This document shows positions 19,423 to 29,933 of a stretch of 64,000 bases of DNA, one piece after another. Source of the stretch: Minisyncoccota bacterium (GTDB lineage Bacteria; Patescibacteriota; Minisyncoccia; Phycocordibacterales; UBA2135); assembly GCA_040879685.1 (NCBI GenBank), contig JBBDJW010000012.1, positions 14,233 to 78,232 of the forward strand. Reading direction: 5' to 3'. A program made the translations under genes and the position numbers. The notes below the pieces were generated by a model. It was not told the DNA's origin. It worked only from the letters and a program-made list of their open reading frames with translations, and made no database searches. How positions within the stretch are numbered: the stretch's first letter is position 1; each line of letters starts with the position of its first letter.

Positions 19423-20382
19423 CTATTCAATGGGTTCTCTGTATGGATCTGCCGCGTACTCTTTCTTATCAGGCTTCTTTTCTTGAGATACTTGTCCCTC
19501 CTCATCTGCGTGCTCTGAGGGTGCCTTCTTTGGTTGTGGTGTTGGTGCACGAGGAGTCTCTTCTTTTTGAGTTTGTGGAGGTGCTTCTTCTTTGCTCTCC
19601 TGCGGGGTATCTGTTTGTTTTTCTTCTCTTGCCGATGGAGCTTGTAACCCTCGTCCTTCTTTTTTTATAGGAAGGTTTAGAGGAGGTTTTTCTTTGTTTA
19701 TTTTCACGAGGACTTTCTTTTGGGACTCTATGTCCTGGACCTCTTTTTCTTCTTCTCCCACATTGCTTTGTATTTTTATATCACGAAGCCTGTCGGGTAT
19801 GATGACATTCTCTTCCCCCTCAAACGAGCCCTCCTCTCCTCGCGGGTCCAAGGGCTCGTTCTTTTTGGGAGTGACAACAAGCGGTTCGGGCGCTTTGTTT
19901 TCAAGGCCGGATTTTTCTTTTTCCAGTTCGGGCTCTACGCGCTCTTCCATCCCTTTTTTTATTTCATGTTTAACGGGAATTTTTCTTTTTGGGAGAGGAA
20001 CTTGATAGGCATCTTCACTCTCCCTTTCAGAGGGAAGCGGCTGGTTTTCCCTCCTTTCTTTTTTTAGGGAGTGAATCTCTTTCAATGATTCACGAATAGG
20101 GTGAAAAACTTCTTTATTAACATCTTCCGCAATTGCACGCGCCTTTTCCCTCTCAACGCCTATTCGCTTGGCAAGATTACTAATAAATTCATTGGGGTGT
20201 GTAAGGCCAAGTATTACAAAAGTTGTTTCATCCACTAATCCACCCAAGGCATCTACATGAAGATTGTGTCTTTTTCCTATTTTTTCAAGCGCATCAAATA
20301 CCTCTGTTGAAGCAGCAGCAGTTTGTATGTCTTGAGGTAGTTTTTTTATAAATTCTTTTATTGTTGCAGAGTTTTTGTCCAT
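19423..20382 (-). CDS. Hypothetical protein with a Glu/Pro/Lys-rich low-complexity C-terminal half
   Basis: The long ORF has good codon structure but no recognisable motif. The dense antisense ORFs in the track are low-complexity artefacts. Confidence 0.45.
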   Translation of the reverse strand: MDKNSATIKEFIKKLPQDIQTAAASTEVFDALEKIGKRHNLHVDALGGLVDETTFVILGLTHPNEFISNLAKRIGVEREKARAIAEDVNKEVFHPIRESLKEIHSLKKERRENQPLPSERESEDAYQVPLPKRKIPVKHEIKKGMEERVEPELEKEKSGLENKAPEPLVVTPKKNEPLDPRGEEGSFEGEENVIIPDRLRDIKIQSNVGEEEKEVQDIESQKKVLVKINKEKPPLNLPIKKEGRGLQAPSAREEKQTDTPQESKEEAPPQTQKEETPRAPTPQPKKAPSEHADEEGQVSQEKKPDKKEYAADPYREPIE

Positions 20383-20399
20383 AGTCTCATTGGTGTGTT

Positions 20400-22250
20400 T
20401 TACTCAGTATCCTTATCGTCTTTTTTATCATCATCACTTTCGTCTTTCTTTTTCTCTGTCGGCTTTGATTTAATTGTTTTCGCCTCTTGCCGTAATGTTT
20501 TTATTTCCCCCCTAATTTTTTCTTTTTTCTTGTCAAGTTCCTCTTTTTTCTTGTCAAGTTCCTCCTCTAGGTTTTCTAGGCGACCCAACTCCTCTAGTTC
20601 AGCGACAGTTACTTTCTCACCTCTTTCTTCTTTACTATGAAGGTCACTACTATAGCTTGATAGTTTTTCGTAGTTTGATTTGATTCCATTCTTTAATTCC
20701 CTTTCTTCTTTTTCTAATTCTTTTTCTTCTGACTCCTTTATCTTAAGTATAAGTTGGGTTGCCGCAACCGTTCTATTTCGGAAGATGTCCCCCAAAGGAC
20801 TTCGTGGAGAGAGGACATTTTTAATATAATCCTCATCCTTATCTCCTCCGATAGATTTCGCAAAGGCAACACGTTCCTCAATCTTAGTGTCCAATTCCTT
20901 CTCATACCCTCCCTTTCCTAGTGCCTTTCCCATACCAGTGATTGATTTGCCGGCGACCTTTGCACTACGAGCATCATAGCTGGCAGTTGCCAAGCTACGA
21001 GTTCCCTGAAGAAGCGTTCCGGCAACACGACCTTTGATCGCCGCTTTTTGAAACCTTTCACTGCTTGCAAGTATGCTGGCTCCTCGTCCGAGGAGTTGCC
21101 GCCCGCCAATTCCCACTGCTCCGAATGTAAGAGCGCCGGTCGTCGCCTTTGCTGTTTTCATCACCGTCTCTGCTCCCATTAAACCAAATTGTTTTGCGAG
21201 TATATACGAGCCATAGATAAGAGCGATGACGATAGCAAACTGAAAGAGCACCGCAAAGAATGAAACTCCACCGACATCACCGGCAAACCAGCCGGCAACA
21301 GCACCCGAGAAACTCAAATCTTCTTCACCAACGCCCGGGAGCAGGCTTCCTGTGCCTATAATCATCACCGTCAATGTTATAAGAAGAATATAAGCGGGCG
21401 CATAAAAAGAGTATTTTAAGAGATGGCTCCACCACAGATTATAATACTTCTCTGTCCCGGGGAGAATTCTGGCGACAAATGCAAGAGGCGAGAGCACCAT
21501 TAAAAACATCAACATTACCGAACGGACAATAAACATTATCGCCGCAGTTCCAAAAGAAAAGACGGCGATGAGCGTAGCTATCGTTCCTACAATGTAAACG
21601 GTGAAAAGCCTACTCGGGTTCAAAACAAATGCCCCTGCAGTACCCCCGAGACCCTCAACACCTTCATTTACAATAGTTTGCAGACGAAGGCCATTCGCAA
21701 GACTTGCTGACAACCCCCCCTCGGCGGTTATTTGCTCATAAAACGCAACGGCAAAAATATTTGACGCATCAATTACAAGTTTTGTGAAGAAAAGGCTGAA
21801 GTTAACAAGAAGTGCAACGACAACGAGCGAGGTAAGAATTTTCTTTGTTTCAAAGCCTCCCGCCTGAAGAATGGTCATTATGGAAATATAAACGAGGATA
21901 AAAACAAAAACAACATTAGAAAGATCGCGCACAGCTCCCCACGCGACATTAACTGCCCCGACAGAGAGGCTGTTAATGTCTAATGAAAAAGTAATGCTTG
22001 TATCAAGAAGCCACGCACTCGCCGTGAGGATAAGGCCGGAAAGGTTGAATAGTCCTTCCGCAAGAAGATTTGGTATTAAAAGCGCAAACGCCTTAAGACC
22101 CCCTACAATATCAAGAGGGTTGGCAAACACAAAAGAGTCCGGAAGAGGGGCAAGAAAAAGGAAGAGTATAAATATCACAAACCACGAAGTGTGTCTTGGT
22201 GAGAACTTCTTTGGCAGTCTATATGCAATGTTTTGTAGTAGTCGCTTCAT
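20400..22250 (-). CDS. Polytopic membrane protein, VirB6/TrbL-like, with a C-terminal charged coiled-coil tail
   Basis: At least 8 predicted TM helices across about 450 aa, then a KELEKEE...KKDESDDDKKDD tail. Its size and position are typical of a VirB6 analogue. Confidence 0.5.
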   Translation of the reverse strand: MKRLLQNIAYRLPKKFSPRHTSWFVIFILFLFLAPLPDSFVFANPLDIVGGLKAFALLIPNLLAEGLFNLSGLILTASAWLLDTSITFSLDINSLSVGAVNVAWGAVRDLSNVVFVFILVYISIMTILQAGGFETKKILTSLVVVALLVNFSLFFTKLVIDASNIFAVAFYEQITAEGGLSASLANGLRLQTIVNEGVEGLGGTAGAFVLNPSRLFTVYIVGTIATLIAVFSFGTAAIMFIVRSVMLMFLMVLSPLAFVARILPGTEKYYNLWWSHLLKYSFYAPAYILLITLTVMIIGTGSLLPGVGEEDLSFSGAVAGWFAGDVGGVSFFAVLFQFAIVIALIYGSYILAKQFGLMGAETVMKTAKATTGALTFGAVGIGGRQLLGRGASILASSERFQKAAIKGRVAGTLLQGTRSLATASYDARSAKVAGKSITGMGKALGKGGYEKELDTKIEERVAFAKSIGGDKDEDYIKNVLSPRSPLGDIFRNRTVAATQLILKIKESEEKELEKEERELKNGIKSNYEKLSSYSSDLHSKEERGEKVTVAELEELGRLENLEEELDKKKEELDKKKEKIRGEIKTLRQEAKTIKSKPTEKKKDESDDDKKDDKDTE

Positions 22251-22300
22251 TGTAAGATAAGAGTGTTAACCCGATGTTTCTTTCTTCACTATCTTCCTCT

Positions 22301-23662
22301 TTACTCGCTACGCCTTTCAATTTCTGCTATAAGTGCATTTATTTCACTAAGCTCTTCTTGTGCAGACGCGAGGTCATTTGCATGTGTTTCTCCTTTGAAC
22401 CCATCAAATTCTTTTGAAATGGTGTTTATCTCCTCTAGAGATTCCGCGTTGATGGTTTGTGTTTTTAGGGTGTTTAACTTGGTGAGAACAGGATAAGTCT
22501 CAATCAAATCTTCTCTAAGAGGTGTTCTTAGGTTTTTAATTTCCCACGCTTTTTGAGCCCTGAAGAAGGAAAGAGATGGCTTACCTTCGAGATTTTTGAG
22601 TTTTTCTTCCGCTTCATCAAGCGCCACCAACGAACTATTTTTTGTGTTTTGATAGGTTTCCTCATTGTCTATATAGACATCTATGATACGGACAACTCCG
22701 TCGCGTGAGCGGGTGAGAGTATCAAGGTCTTCTGTTGGAACTTCTGTGTTTCCACCCCCCCTGCGCGAATCATCACCGCTCTTAAGAAGCCCCTTCGCAC
22801 CAACAAATATCTCATCTATAAGTTTTCCAAGAAGAGCATTTACTACTTCACCAATACTGTCTGCAAGGTTAAGCTGGTCAATGTCGCTCTCGACTGTGAG
22901 TTTTTTAATCCTATCCCGTACAAGACTTCCCGGGGTGATAGTTTCAGAATCAGTACACTCACCTTCTTCATTTCTGGCTTTGCACTTTTGAGAGCTTAAA
23001 AATCCACTTGCCCAATCAAGCTCTCGCTCTGTATTTTGCGCTTGTTGGCGAAGAAGGCTATTGAGCTCTGTACTGCTCTTTGCATATTGCCCATAAATGG
23101 TGTTTTGAGAGTTGGTAATTTGCCTTCTCCACACATCCCATCCACCGCGTCTGAAATCTTGATGATAATCGTCCAAAACTTCCTGCGCAATAGTGCGCGT
23201 ATCCGTAACCCTTCTCTCTCCGGCGCAGGGGCGCGCCGCTAAGAGTGAGCGAGCAATGACACGCTTTTCTTCTGGAGAATAGCTCGTATCATCGCCAAGT
23301 TTGTCCATGAAGCGATTAAATGTTTGCGTACAAATGAACGCAAAATACGCGTCTTTGTTTGTTATGTAAAGCGGGTTGCCGTCAAAGCCGTTGTTTATCC
23401 AGTTGATTGTCTGCTGGGTAATTTGCGCGACAAGGGCCTTCGCGACTGCCCATGCGATACCGTCAAGAACCTCTTCTCTGAAGGACTCCTCCAACATTTG
23501 GATGAAATTTGAAAAATCAAAAGTAGGCCAACCCCCAGCCTCTACTTCCTGTGGTTTTATTAAAAAGGAGCTCGGAAGCAGAAAGACAACCAAGAGCAGA
23601 ACCACAAGTATTTTTTTAGAAAGATTTTTTTTCATAAGCCGCTGACTCATTGTGTGTTCCAC
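22301..23662 (-). CDS. Secreted protein with signal peptide (T4SS-like cluster)
   Basis: N-terminal signal (ILVVLLLVVFLLPSSFLI). No enzymatic motif recognised. Confidence 0.45.
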   Translation of the reverse strand: MEHTMSQRLMKKNLSKKILVVLLLVVFLLPSSFLIKPQEVEAGGWPTFDFSNFIQMLEESFREEVLDGIAWAVAKALVAQITQQTINWINNGFDGNPLYITNKDAYFAFICTQTFNRFMDKLGDDTSYSPEEKRVIARSLLAARPCAGERRVTDTRTIAQEVLDDYHQDFRRGGWDVWRRQITNSQNTIYGQYAKSSTELNSLLRQQAQNTERELDWASGFLSSQKCKARNEEGECTDSETITPGSLVRDRIKKLTVESDIDQLNLADSIGEVVNALLGKLIDEIFVGAKGLLKSGDDSRRGGGNTEVPTEDLDTLTRSRDGVVRIIDVYIDNEETYQNTKNSSLVALDEAEEKLKNLEGKPSLSFFRAQKAWEIKNLRTPLREDLIETYPVLTKLNTLKTQTINAESLEEINTISKEFDGFKGETHANDLASAQEELSEINALIAEIERRSE

Positions 23663-24591
23663 ACATATCCTGCCTCGTGCTCCTTAAACTCAACACCCTT
23701 GTTCTTAAAAAAAAGGGAGAGAGAGGCAAGAGATTGTTGCATTTCCCCAAGAGCATTACGATACTCATCAAAACTAAACTTTCCTAAAATGGCATCTTTG
23801 TGAACGCGGCTCATTCCTGTAAGAGAGTTAGCAGTTTTTTTATATGAGTTTACAAGCTGGAGAAATATGCCAACGCTTTCACTCGGGACAGAGAGAGTTA
23901 AGATATCTTTTGCAAGTCCATCAAACACAACAGATTGCTCCTGAATTTTATCGGCAAATTCCGGGAGAGAATTAAGAGCAAGTGTCTCAAAAAGAGAAAG
24001 AACCTCCTGTACGTTGATTGCTGGGTTGGCTTGTAGCTGTGTAGCGAGGATGTTTCCAAAAGCACGTAACTCATCATTTGTCGTGTTATGGGCGATTGTC
24101 ATATCATCTCGCGTATATTGAGCAATGTCAGGTTTTTCTAACTGGTGCACGAGATTAGAAATAATCTCATCTTCATCTTGGAAGTTGTCACCTTGGCTGA
24201 TATTTAACGAACTTACAAAGAGAGATTTTGCAAACTTTTCGGTAAGATTACCACTTTCTGATTGGAAGAAGAAAGATTCTTCTATGCCATATTTTTTTGT
24301 AATTTCTTCTCCATCATACAAAGAAAGATCTCCGCCGAATTGTATGTAGTCATTCACACCGTCTCCGTCGGTGTCGGGGTTGTTTTTGTCGCTTCCCACA
24401 AGCACCTCCTCCCAATCCTTAAGCCCATCGCCGTCACTGTCCTCTTGAAAAAAGGACAGCTCACCCTCGGAAACATAAAAAGAACCTTCTTTATTCTTCC
24501 CAAAGGTGTCTTGCTCACCCCCTTTTACCAGAACAGCTCCCGTTAGCAAAAGAAGAGAAAATCCAATCGCGATAAATAAGTTTTTTTCCAT
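23647..24591 (-). CDS. Secreted protein with thrombospondin type-3-like Ca-binding repeats (DxDxDG)
   Basis: Signal peptide; DSDGDGLKDWEE and DTDGDGVNDY motifs. Confidence 0.5.
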   Translation of the reverse strand: MEKNLFIAIGFSLLLLTGAVLVKGGEQDTFGKNKEGSFYVSEGELSFFQEDSDGDGLKDWEEVLVGSDKNNPDTDGDGVNDYIQFGGDLSLYDGEEITKKYGIEESFFFQSESGNLTEKFAKSLFVSSLNISQGDNFQDEDEIISNLVHQLEKPDIAQYTRDDMTIAHNTTNDELRAFGNILATQLQANPAINVQEVLSLFETLALNSLPEFADKIQEQSVVFDGLAKDILTLSVPSESVGIFLQLVNSYKKTANSLTGMSRVHKDAILGKFSFDEYRNALGEMQQSLASLSLFFKNKGVEFKEHEAGYVWNTQ

Positions 24592-24739
24592 AAAACAAAG
24601 ACTCCCTCACTATGAAGTATAGCAAAAAAGGTGCCCTTATACGCACGGAAGCCTTTTTATGTGTGGATAATGGCTTTTTACTAATTTAATTACTCTTCCG
24701 AGCGAGAGGGATCAGTTTCTGCTTGAAACAACATAAAAG

Positions 24740-26704
24740 TCAGGTAATGATTTCTTCCTCAAAAGGGCCTTGTTCCATGTCGTGCACTCCTTCTTCCCGT
24801 TTAATAAGGTCTTCCGGAATGTCGTTTAAAAATTCAGAAGGGGACTGAAGCTCTTTTTTTCCATAAATGGTCCGCGAGCCGCTAAAAGAAAGAAACGCCC
24901 GTTTACCGGCTCGCGTAAGGGCGACATAAAAAAGCCGTCTCTCCTCCTCTCCGCGTTCACTCTGTGCACCCTCATTATCATCAAAGCCGGTGTGAGGAAA
25001 AAGCCCCTGCTCCAGACCGACAATGAAAACGTAAGGAAACTCAAGCCCTTTTGATGCGTGTACGGTCATCAGAGAAACGCCCCCCCCTTTTTCTTTTTTA
25101 TGAGAAAGAGAGTCCGCTTCGCTTGCAAGTGAAGCGTCCTCTAAAAGTTGCACAATCCCTTCTCCAAGCGGAAGAGAATCATACTTTGTAGAGAGTGTTA
25201 CAAGTTCTTTGATGTTCTCAAGTCTTTCCTTACCCTCTTCTCCTTCTTTGGCAAGTGCGGTGTCAAGCCCCACTCGTTTTGGAATCCACTTTATAAGTAG
25301 AGAGGGCTTTTGTGTATTTCCTCGCTCCTCTATTTCATCAAGAAGAGTAAAAAAGTCATCAACTTTTTCTTGCGTTCGTTGCGGTAGAGTTTTTTTTTGA
25401 CCACCCAAGAGTTTTAAGAGAGTCACTTTGCCAATTCCGCGCGGTGGCGTGTTGATAATTCTTTTAAGGGAGCTTACGCTCTCTCTATTGAGAGCCGCAC
25501 AAACAAAAGCCAAAATATCTTGCACTTCTTTTCTTTCAAAAAAGCGAGTACCAAGGACGCGATAGGGAATGTCTAATCCTAAAAAAACTTCTTCCAAAAT
25601 TCGTGATTGGAAGTTTGCACGATAGAGGAGTGCAATCTCGTTAGGGGAAACACCAGAAAAAAGAAGGTCGCGCACCTTTGAGCCGACAAAAAAAGCTTCT
25701 TCTACCTCACTTCGTGCAGTAAAGAGAGAAAGCTTTTCACCAAGAGCATTTTTTGTAAAAAGTTTTTTATCTTGCCGGAGAATATTTTTTTGAATAATAG
25801 CTTGAGCAGCCCTCAAAATCCGCTCTGTTGAGCGGTAATTTTGAGAAAGTATGATAATGCGTGCCTTGGGAAAATCTTTATCAAAACGAAGAATGTTTTG
25901 TATATTTGCTCCGCGCCAACTGTAAATGTTTTGATCACTATCACCGACAACACAGAGATTTTTATTATCTCCAACGAGAAGTCCCAAAAGAATGTATTGT
26001 GCTTGGTTTGTATCTTGATACTCATCAATGTGAAGGTAACGCCAACGAGTTTGGTAATGAAGACGAGCGTCCTTATCTTTTTGTAAAACAGAAACCGCTT
26101 TTATTAAAAGGTCGTCAAAATCAAGTGAGCGTTCTTTTTTAAGAAGTGTCTCATATGCTTCCCATACGCGCACAACAAGCAGTGCAAAAAAATTACCCCC
26201 CGAGCGTTCCAAATATTCATGCGGTGAAACACAGTCTCCTTTATTGCGAGAGATACTATTTAAAATTGTTTTTGGATCGTATTGTTTTGTATCATACCCA
26301 ACGGTCCCCATTGCTTCCTTTATTAAAGAGAGAGCGCTTGCCTTATTGGCAACCGAGAAATTTTTCTTTACACCAATACACATTCCATGTCCGCGCAGAA
26401 TTTCAATTCCCAAGCGGTGGAAGGTGCCAATGAAAGGCGTTTCACTAAGGAAGTGCGGAGCACCCCGCACGCCTTCTTTGCTCATAAGCGAGGTAATCCT
26501 CTCTCTCATTTCTTCCGCCGCCTTATTGGTAAAGGTAACGGCGAGGATCGCATCGGGGGAGACACCTTTTTTAATAAGGTGGAATATTCTATGAGTGATG
26601 GTTTTTGTTTTCCCCGCTCCTGCACCCGCGACAATTAAAAGAGGACCTTCTTGATAGAGTACGGCCTCTCTTTGTGGGGGATTAAGCTCGTCTAAATAGG
26701 ACAT
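24740..26704 (-). CDS. pcrA: ATP-dependent DNA helicase UvrD/PcrA family
   Basis: Motif I AGAGAGKTKTITHRI, downstream helicase motifs, and a C-terminal about 100-aa extension. Confidence 0.9.
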   Translation of the reverse strand: MSYLDELNPPQREAVLYQEGPLLIVAGAGAGKTKTITHRIFHLIKKGVSPDAILAVTFTNKAAEEMRERITSLMSKEGVRGAPHFLSETPFIGTFHRLGIEILRGHGMCIGVKKNFSVANKASALSLIKEAMGTVGYDTKQYDPKTILNSISRNKGDCVSPHEYLERSGGNFFALLVVRVWEAYETLLKKERSLDFDDLLIKAVSVLQKDKDARLHYQTRWRYLHIDEYQDTNQAQYILLGLLVGDNKNLCVVGDSDQNIYSWRGANIQNILRFDKDFPKARIIILSQNYRSTERILRAAQAIIQKNILRQDKKLFTKNALGEKLSLFTARSEVEEAFFVGSKVRDLLFSGVSPNEIALLYRANFQSRILEEVFLGLDIPYRVLGTRFFERKEVQDILAFVCAALNRESVSSLKRIINTPPRGIGKVTLLKLLGGQKKTLPQRTQEKVDDFFTLLDEIEERGNTQKPSLLIKWIPKRVGLDTALAKEGEEGKERLENIKELVTLSTKYDSLPLGEGIVQLLEDASLASEADSLSHKKEKGGGVSLMTVHASKGLEFPYVFIVGLEQGLFPHTGFDDNEGAQSERGEEERRLFYVALTRAGKRAFLSFSGSRTIYGKKELQSPSEFLNDIPEDLIKREEGVHDMEQGPFEEEIIT

Positions 26705-27214
26705 GTGTTGGTTTACTATAGCACAGGCGGTTTGAGTTAGTATTTTAGTAAATAATAAATAGTAGAAAGTTAAAGGATTGAAAGTTGTTTCAAGTTACGA
26801 ATGAGAGGGTGATGGCTCGTGTTGGTTGTGCACTCCAGGATCATGGGCCTTGAATGTCTGAAAAGCTCTTTATTATAGCCCTTATTTTCCTGTGGTTAAC
26901 TTCTATTGACTTACCCACCTCCTTTCATATAATGGGCCCATTGCTCCGCATGCATGGTTTTGGCAAAAAACGCTTATTTTGAAACGTTTTTGAGAAAAGT
27001 AAGAGAAGAAAAAATAGATTGATAAAGGTTCTTAGCCTTCCGGTGTTGCTGATTGGAGTAAAGGTAGGAAGCGTTTTGTTAAGGTCGAGAAGGCCATAGA
27101 TAAGGAAGAACCGCTTTTATTTGACTTATTTTATCTAAAATAACATCACCTGACCCGGCAGAGGGTCCGCATAAAACGCCTTTCGCGGCAAAATACAGAG
27201 CAAAAAAATCCACC

Positions 27215-28231
27215 ATGGTGCATAGGGTACCTTTTTTTGTGGTATTCGTTTTGCTTTTCACTATTCCGGCAGTACATGCACATGCCGGAATTTTTTCATT
27301 TGTAAACAATTTTTTAAAAAAGAATGTAGAAGAGTCGGTTTCCTCCAAAGGTAATGTGCAAAATCTTGCGCTTCTTCAGGCGGCACTCAACGTAGATCCA
27401 AACCCAGCAAAGGGAGGGGGGGAAATTACCGTTGTTGGTGACAGCGCTCTCTTACCCGACACAGGTCCTCTGGGAACCATTGCTGATATGGAGGAGAGTG
27501 CACCGTCGTCGGATAAGATTAGTATCTATATCGTTCGTGATGGAGATTCTCTTTCCCAGATTGCCAAAATGTTTGGTGTTTCTACCAATACTATTATTTG
27601 GGCAAACGACATTAGCCGAGGAGACTTAATTCGCGAGGGACAAACACTTGTCATTTTGCCACTTTCAGGTATTAAACACACCGTGGAAAAAGGAGATACC
27701 TTGAATGGTATTGTTAAAAAATATAAGGGAGACATACAGGAGATTCTTGATTTTAATGATTTAACGGAAGACGTGACTCTTGCTGTTGGAGATGAAATTA
27801 TTATTCCTGATGGAGAACTTGGAACGGTGCGGCATACAGAAATTCAATCAAAGAATATTGTACGGGGAACATCAGGACCGTCGTACGTTGGCTACTACAT
27901 AAATCCAGTCCCCGGCTCACGAAGATCACAAGGTATTCATGGATATAACGGGATTGATCTTGCCGCTCCATACGGTACGCAAATTCTTGCCTCAGCAGGA
28001 GGCACCGTCATCTTGAGTCGTTCATATGGATGGAATGGTGGGTATGGAAATTATGTCGTCATTCGTCACCCTAATGGAACTCAAACACTCTATGCACATA
28101 ACTCACGAAACATTGTAAGCGTTGGAGCTTCGGTAGTACAAGGGCAGGTAATAGGATATGTTGGTTCAACGGGCCGCTCAACAGGGTCTCATGTTCACTT
28201 TGAAGTTCGTGGTGCCAAAAATCCTTTCTAG
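27215..28231 (+). CDS. Secreted LysM-domain M23 peptidase (peptidoglycan hydrolase)
   Basis: Signal peptide; two LysM repeats (DSLSQIAKMFGV..., DTLNGIVKKYKG...); M23 motifs HxxxD (HGYNGIDLAA) and HVHFEV. Confidence 0.85.
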   Translation: MVHRVPFFVVFVLLFTIPAVHAHAGIFSFVNNFLKKNVEESVSSKGNVQNLALLQAALNVDPNPAKGGGEITVVGDSALLPDTGPLGTIADMEESAPSSDKISIYIVRDGDSLSQIAKMFGVSTNTIIWANDISRGDLIREGQTLVILPLSGIKHTVEKGDTLNGIVKKYKGDIQEILDFNDLTEDVTLAVGDEIIIPDGELGTVRHTEIQSKNIVRGTSGPSYVGYYINPVPGSRRSQGIHGYNGIDLAAPYGTQILASAGGTVILSRSYGWNGGYGNYVVIRHPNGTQTLYAHNSRNIVSVGASVVQGQVIGYVGSTGRSTGSHVHFEVRGAKNPF

Positions 28232-28306
28232 GTTGTACAAAATCAAGAGGAGTTTAAGGATTACAAGTTAAGAATTAGGATAGGTAAGAACCTCCTTAGA
28301 TTACTT

Positions 28307-29875
28307 CTAGAGGCTCTTTTTAGGGCGGTATTGCATTGCCTCAAGTATGTGTTGCGGAAGTATCTGCTCACATCCTTCAATGTCGGCGATGGTCCGAGCA
28401 AGTTTGAGTGAACGATGATATGCTCGGGCTGACAGATCAAGTTTTTTTGCTGCTTCGTCCAATATTTGTTTCGTCTCGTCGCGCAGTATCACATATTTTA
28501 AATCCCGCACCCGCATTTCTGCGTTTAATGAAAAATCTTTTTTTGAGAAACGACGACTTTGTTCCTCTCGGGCTTTCGCTACGCGCCGGCGCATTGTTTT
28601 TGTCTCCATATCCTCTCCTAAGAGGTGTTTATGAGAAACACTTTGGGAAAGTTCTTTATTGTCTATGCGCGATACCTCAATCCACATATCAATTCTATCA
28701 ATGATCGGCCCGGAAATTTTCCTTTGGTATTTAATAAGTTGTGTAGGAAGACAGGTGCATGCGCGAAGTGTGTCGCCATAATAACCACAGGGACACGGAT
28801 TAAATGCCGCGACAAGAATGAATCGTGCAGGAAAAATCTCACTTCCTTTTGCACGTGATATTGCGATGACATGCTCTTCAAGGGGTTCGCGAAGAGACTC
28901 AATAACGCGTCTATCAAATTCAGGAAACTCATCAAGGAAAAGCACGCCATTGTGTGCAAGCGTCGCTTCTCCGGGTTGTGGATAGGAGCCGCCACCAACC
29001 ACCGAAGTGTACGAAGCGGTATGATGGGGAGAGCGAAAGGGAGGTGTCGCTATAAAAACATCATCTAAAATGCCGCGCACTGAGTGAATTCCGGTAACTT
29101 CAAGCCCTTCTTCAAATGAAAGTGGTGGAAGGATTGAAATAAGTGCTCGGGCAAGAAGTGTTTTGCCACTCCCCGGAGGTCCATAAAAAGCAATATTATG
29201 CCCCCCCGCCGCCGCAATCTCAAGCCCTCTCTTTGCAGCCTCTTGTCCCTTTATGTCTCCAAATGAAGTAGCGTATGAAGGTTGGGTACTCACTACTTTA
29301 GTGTGTTCTTGTTGTTTAATTTTTATACTACTCTTTTCATTTTCCTTCTTCCCTTCATTAATATGCTCTACTACTTCACGCAGACTCTCTGCTCCATAAA
29401 CACAGATACCAGAAACAAGCGCCGCTTCAGGGGCATTTATACTTGGAAGATAAAGTTCAGTAAAGCCGGCCTCCTTTGCTTTTTGTGCAATAAGGAGCGC
29501 TCCCTTAATAGGAAGCAAGCTTCCTCCTAGTGACAACTCACCAACAAAGAGGCGATTCTGCGGTTCAAAACAAATCTCTCCTGTCGCGAGTAAATAGCCA
29601 AGTGCGATGGGCAGGTCAAAAAGAGGGCCCTCTTTTTTAAGATCTGCAGGAGAAAGGGAGACCACCACTTTTTGCTGTCCCTTGCTTTTCGGCGAGGTAA
29701 AGCCAGCGCTTTTTATTGCAGAGCTTACTCTGTCGCGAGACTCTTCAACAGCCTTGTCAGGGAGACCAACAACAGAAAACGAATGTACGCCACGAAACAA
29801 ATCAACTTCAATAGTAATGTTTCGTGTTTTTAATCCGGTAACTTGTGCGGAATAAATATAAGAGAGCCGAGTCAT
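28307..29875 (-). CDS. comM: YifB/ComM-family Mg-chelatase-like AAA+ ATPase (competence-associated)
   Basis: N-terminal Lon-like substrate domain, Walker A GPPGSGKTLLARAL and a C-terminal ChlI-type domain. Confidence 0.85.
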   Translation of the reverse strand: MTRLSYIYSAQVTGLKTRNITIEVDLFRGVHSFSVVGLPDKAVEESRDRVSSAIKSAGFTSPKSKGQQKVVVSLSPADLKKEGPLFDLPIALGYLLATGEICFEPQNRLFVGELSLGGSLLPIKGALLIAQKAKEAGFTELYLPSINAPEAALVSGICVYGAESLREVVEHINEGKKENEKSSIKIKQQEHTKVVSTQPSYATSFGDIKGQEAAKRGLEIAAAGGHNIAFYGPPGSGKTLLARALISILPPLSFEEGLEVTGIHSVRGILDDVFIATPPFRSPHHTASYTSVVGGGSYPQPGEATLAHNGVLFLDEFPEFDRRVIESLREPLEEHVIAISRAKGSEIFPARFILVAAFNPCPCGYYGDTLRACTCLPTQLIKYQRKISGPIIDRIDMWIEVSRIDNKELSQSVSHKHLLGEDMETKTMRRRVAKAREEQSRRFSKKDFSLNAEMRVRDLKYVILRDETKQILDEAAKKLDLSARAYHRSLKLARTIADIEGCEQILPQHILEAMQYRPKKSL

Positions 29876-29891
29876 TGTATATTAGTATAAC

Positions 29892-29916
29892 AAAAAAACG
29901 GGTCACAAGGACCCGT
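29892..29916 (-). terminator. Rho-independent terminator (ACGGGTC...GACCCGT stem followed by U-run) for the small minus-strand membrane-protein gene
   Basis: 7-bp GC-rich stem and A7 on the plus strand (T7 on minus). Confidence 0.6.
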
Positions 29917-29933
29917 TTGTCCACTCTGTGGAG

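Noticed and set aside
19592-20067. Several plus-strand ORFs (137 aa, 115 aa) inside the 19423-20382 gene
   Set aside because: They are Phe/Ser/Leu-rich low-complexity translations antisense to a Glu/Lys/Pro-rich gene, which is typical of frame artefacts.
26705-27214. 510-bp non-coding gap upstream of the LysM-M23 peptidase, examined for SRP RNA, tmRNA, RNase P RNA or 6S RNA
   Set aside because: No conserved SRP domain IV (GGAAG...AGCAGC), RNase P P4 or tmRNA tag-reading-frame features were recognisable by eye. A covariance-model scan would still be needed to exclude an ncRNA.
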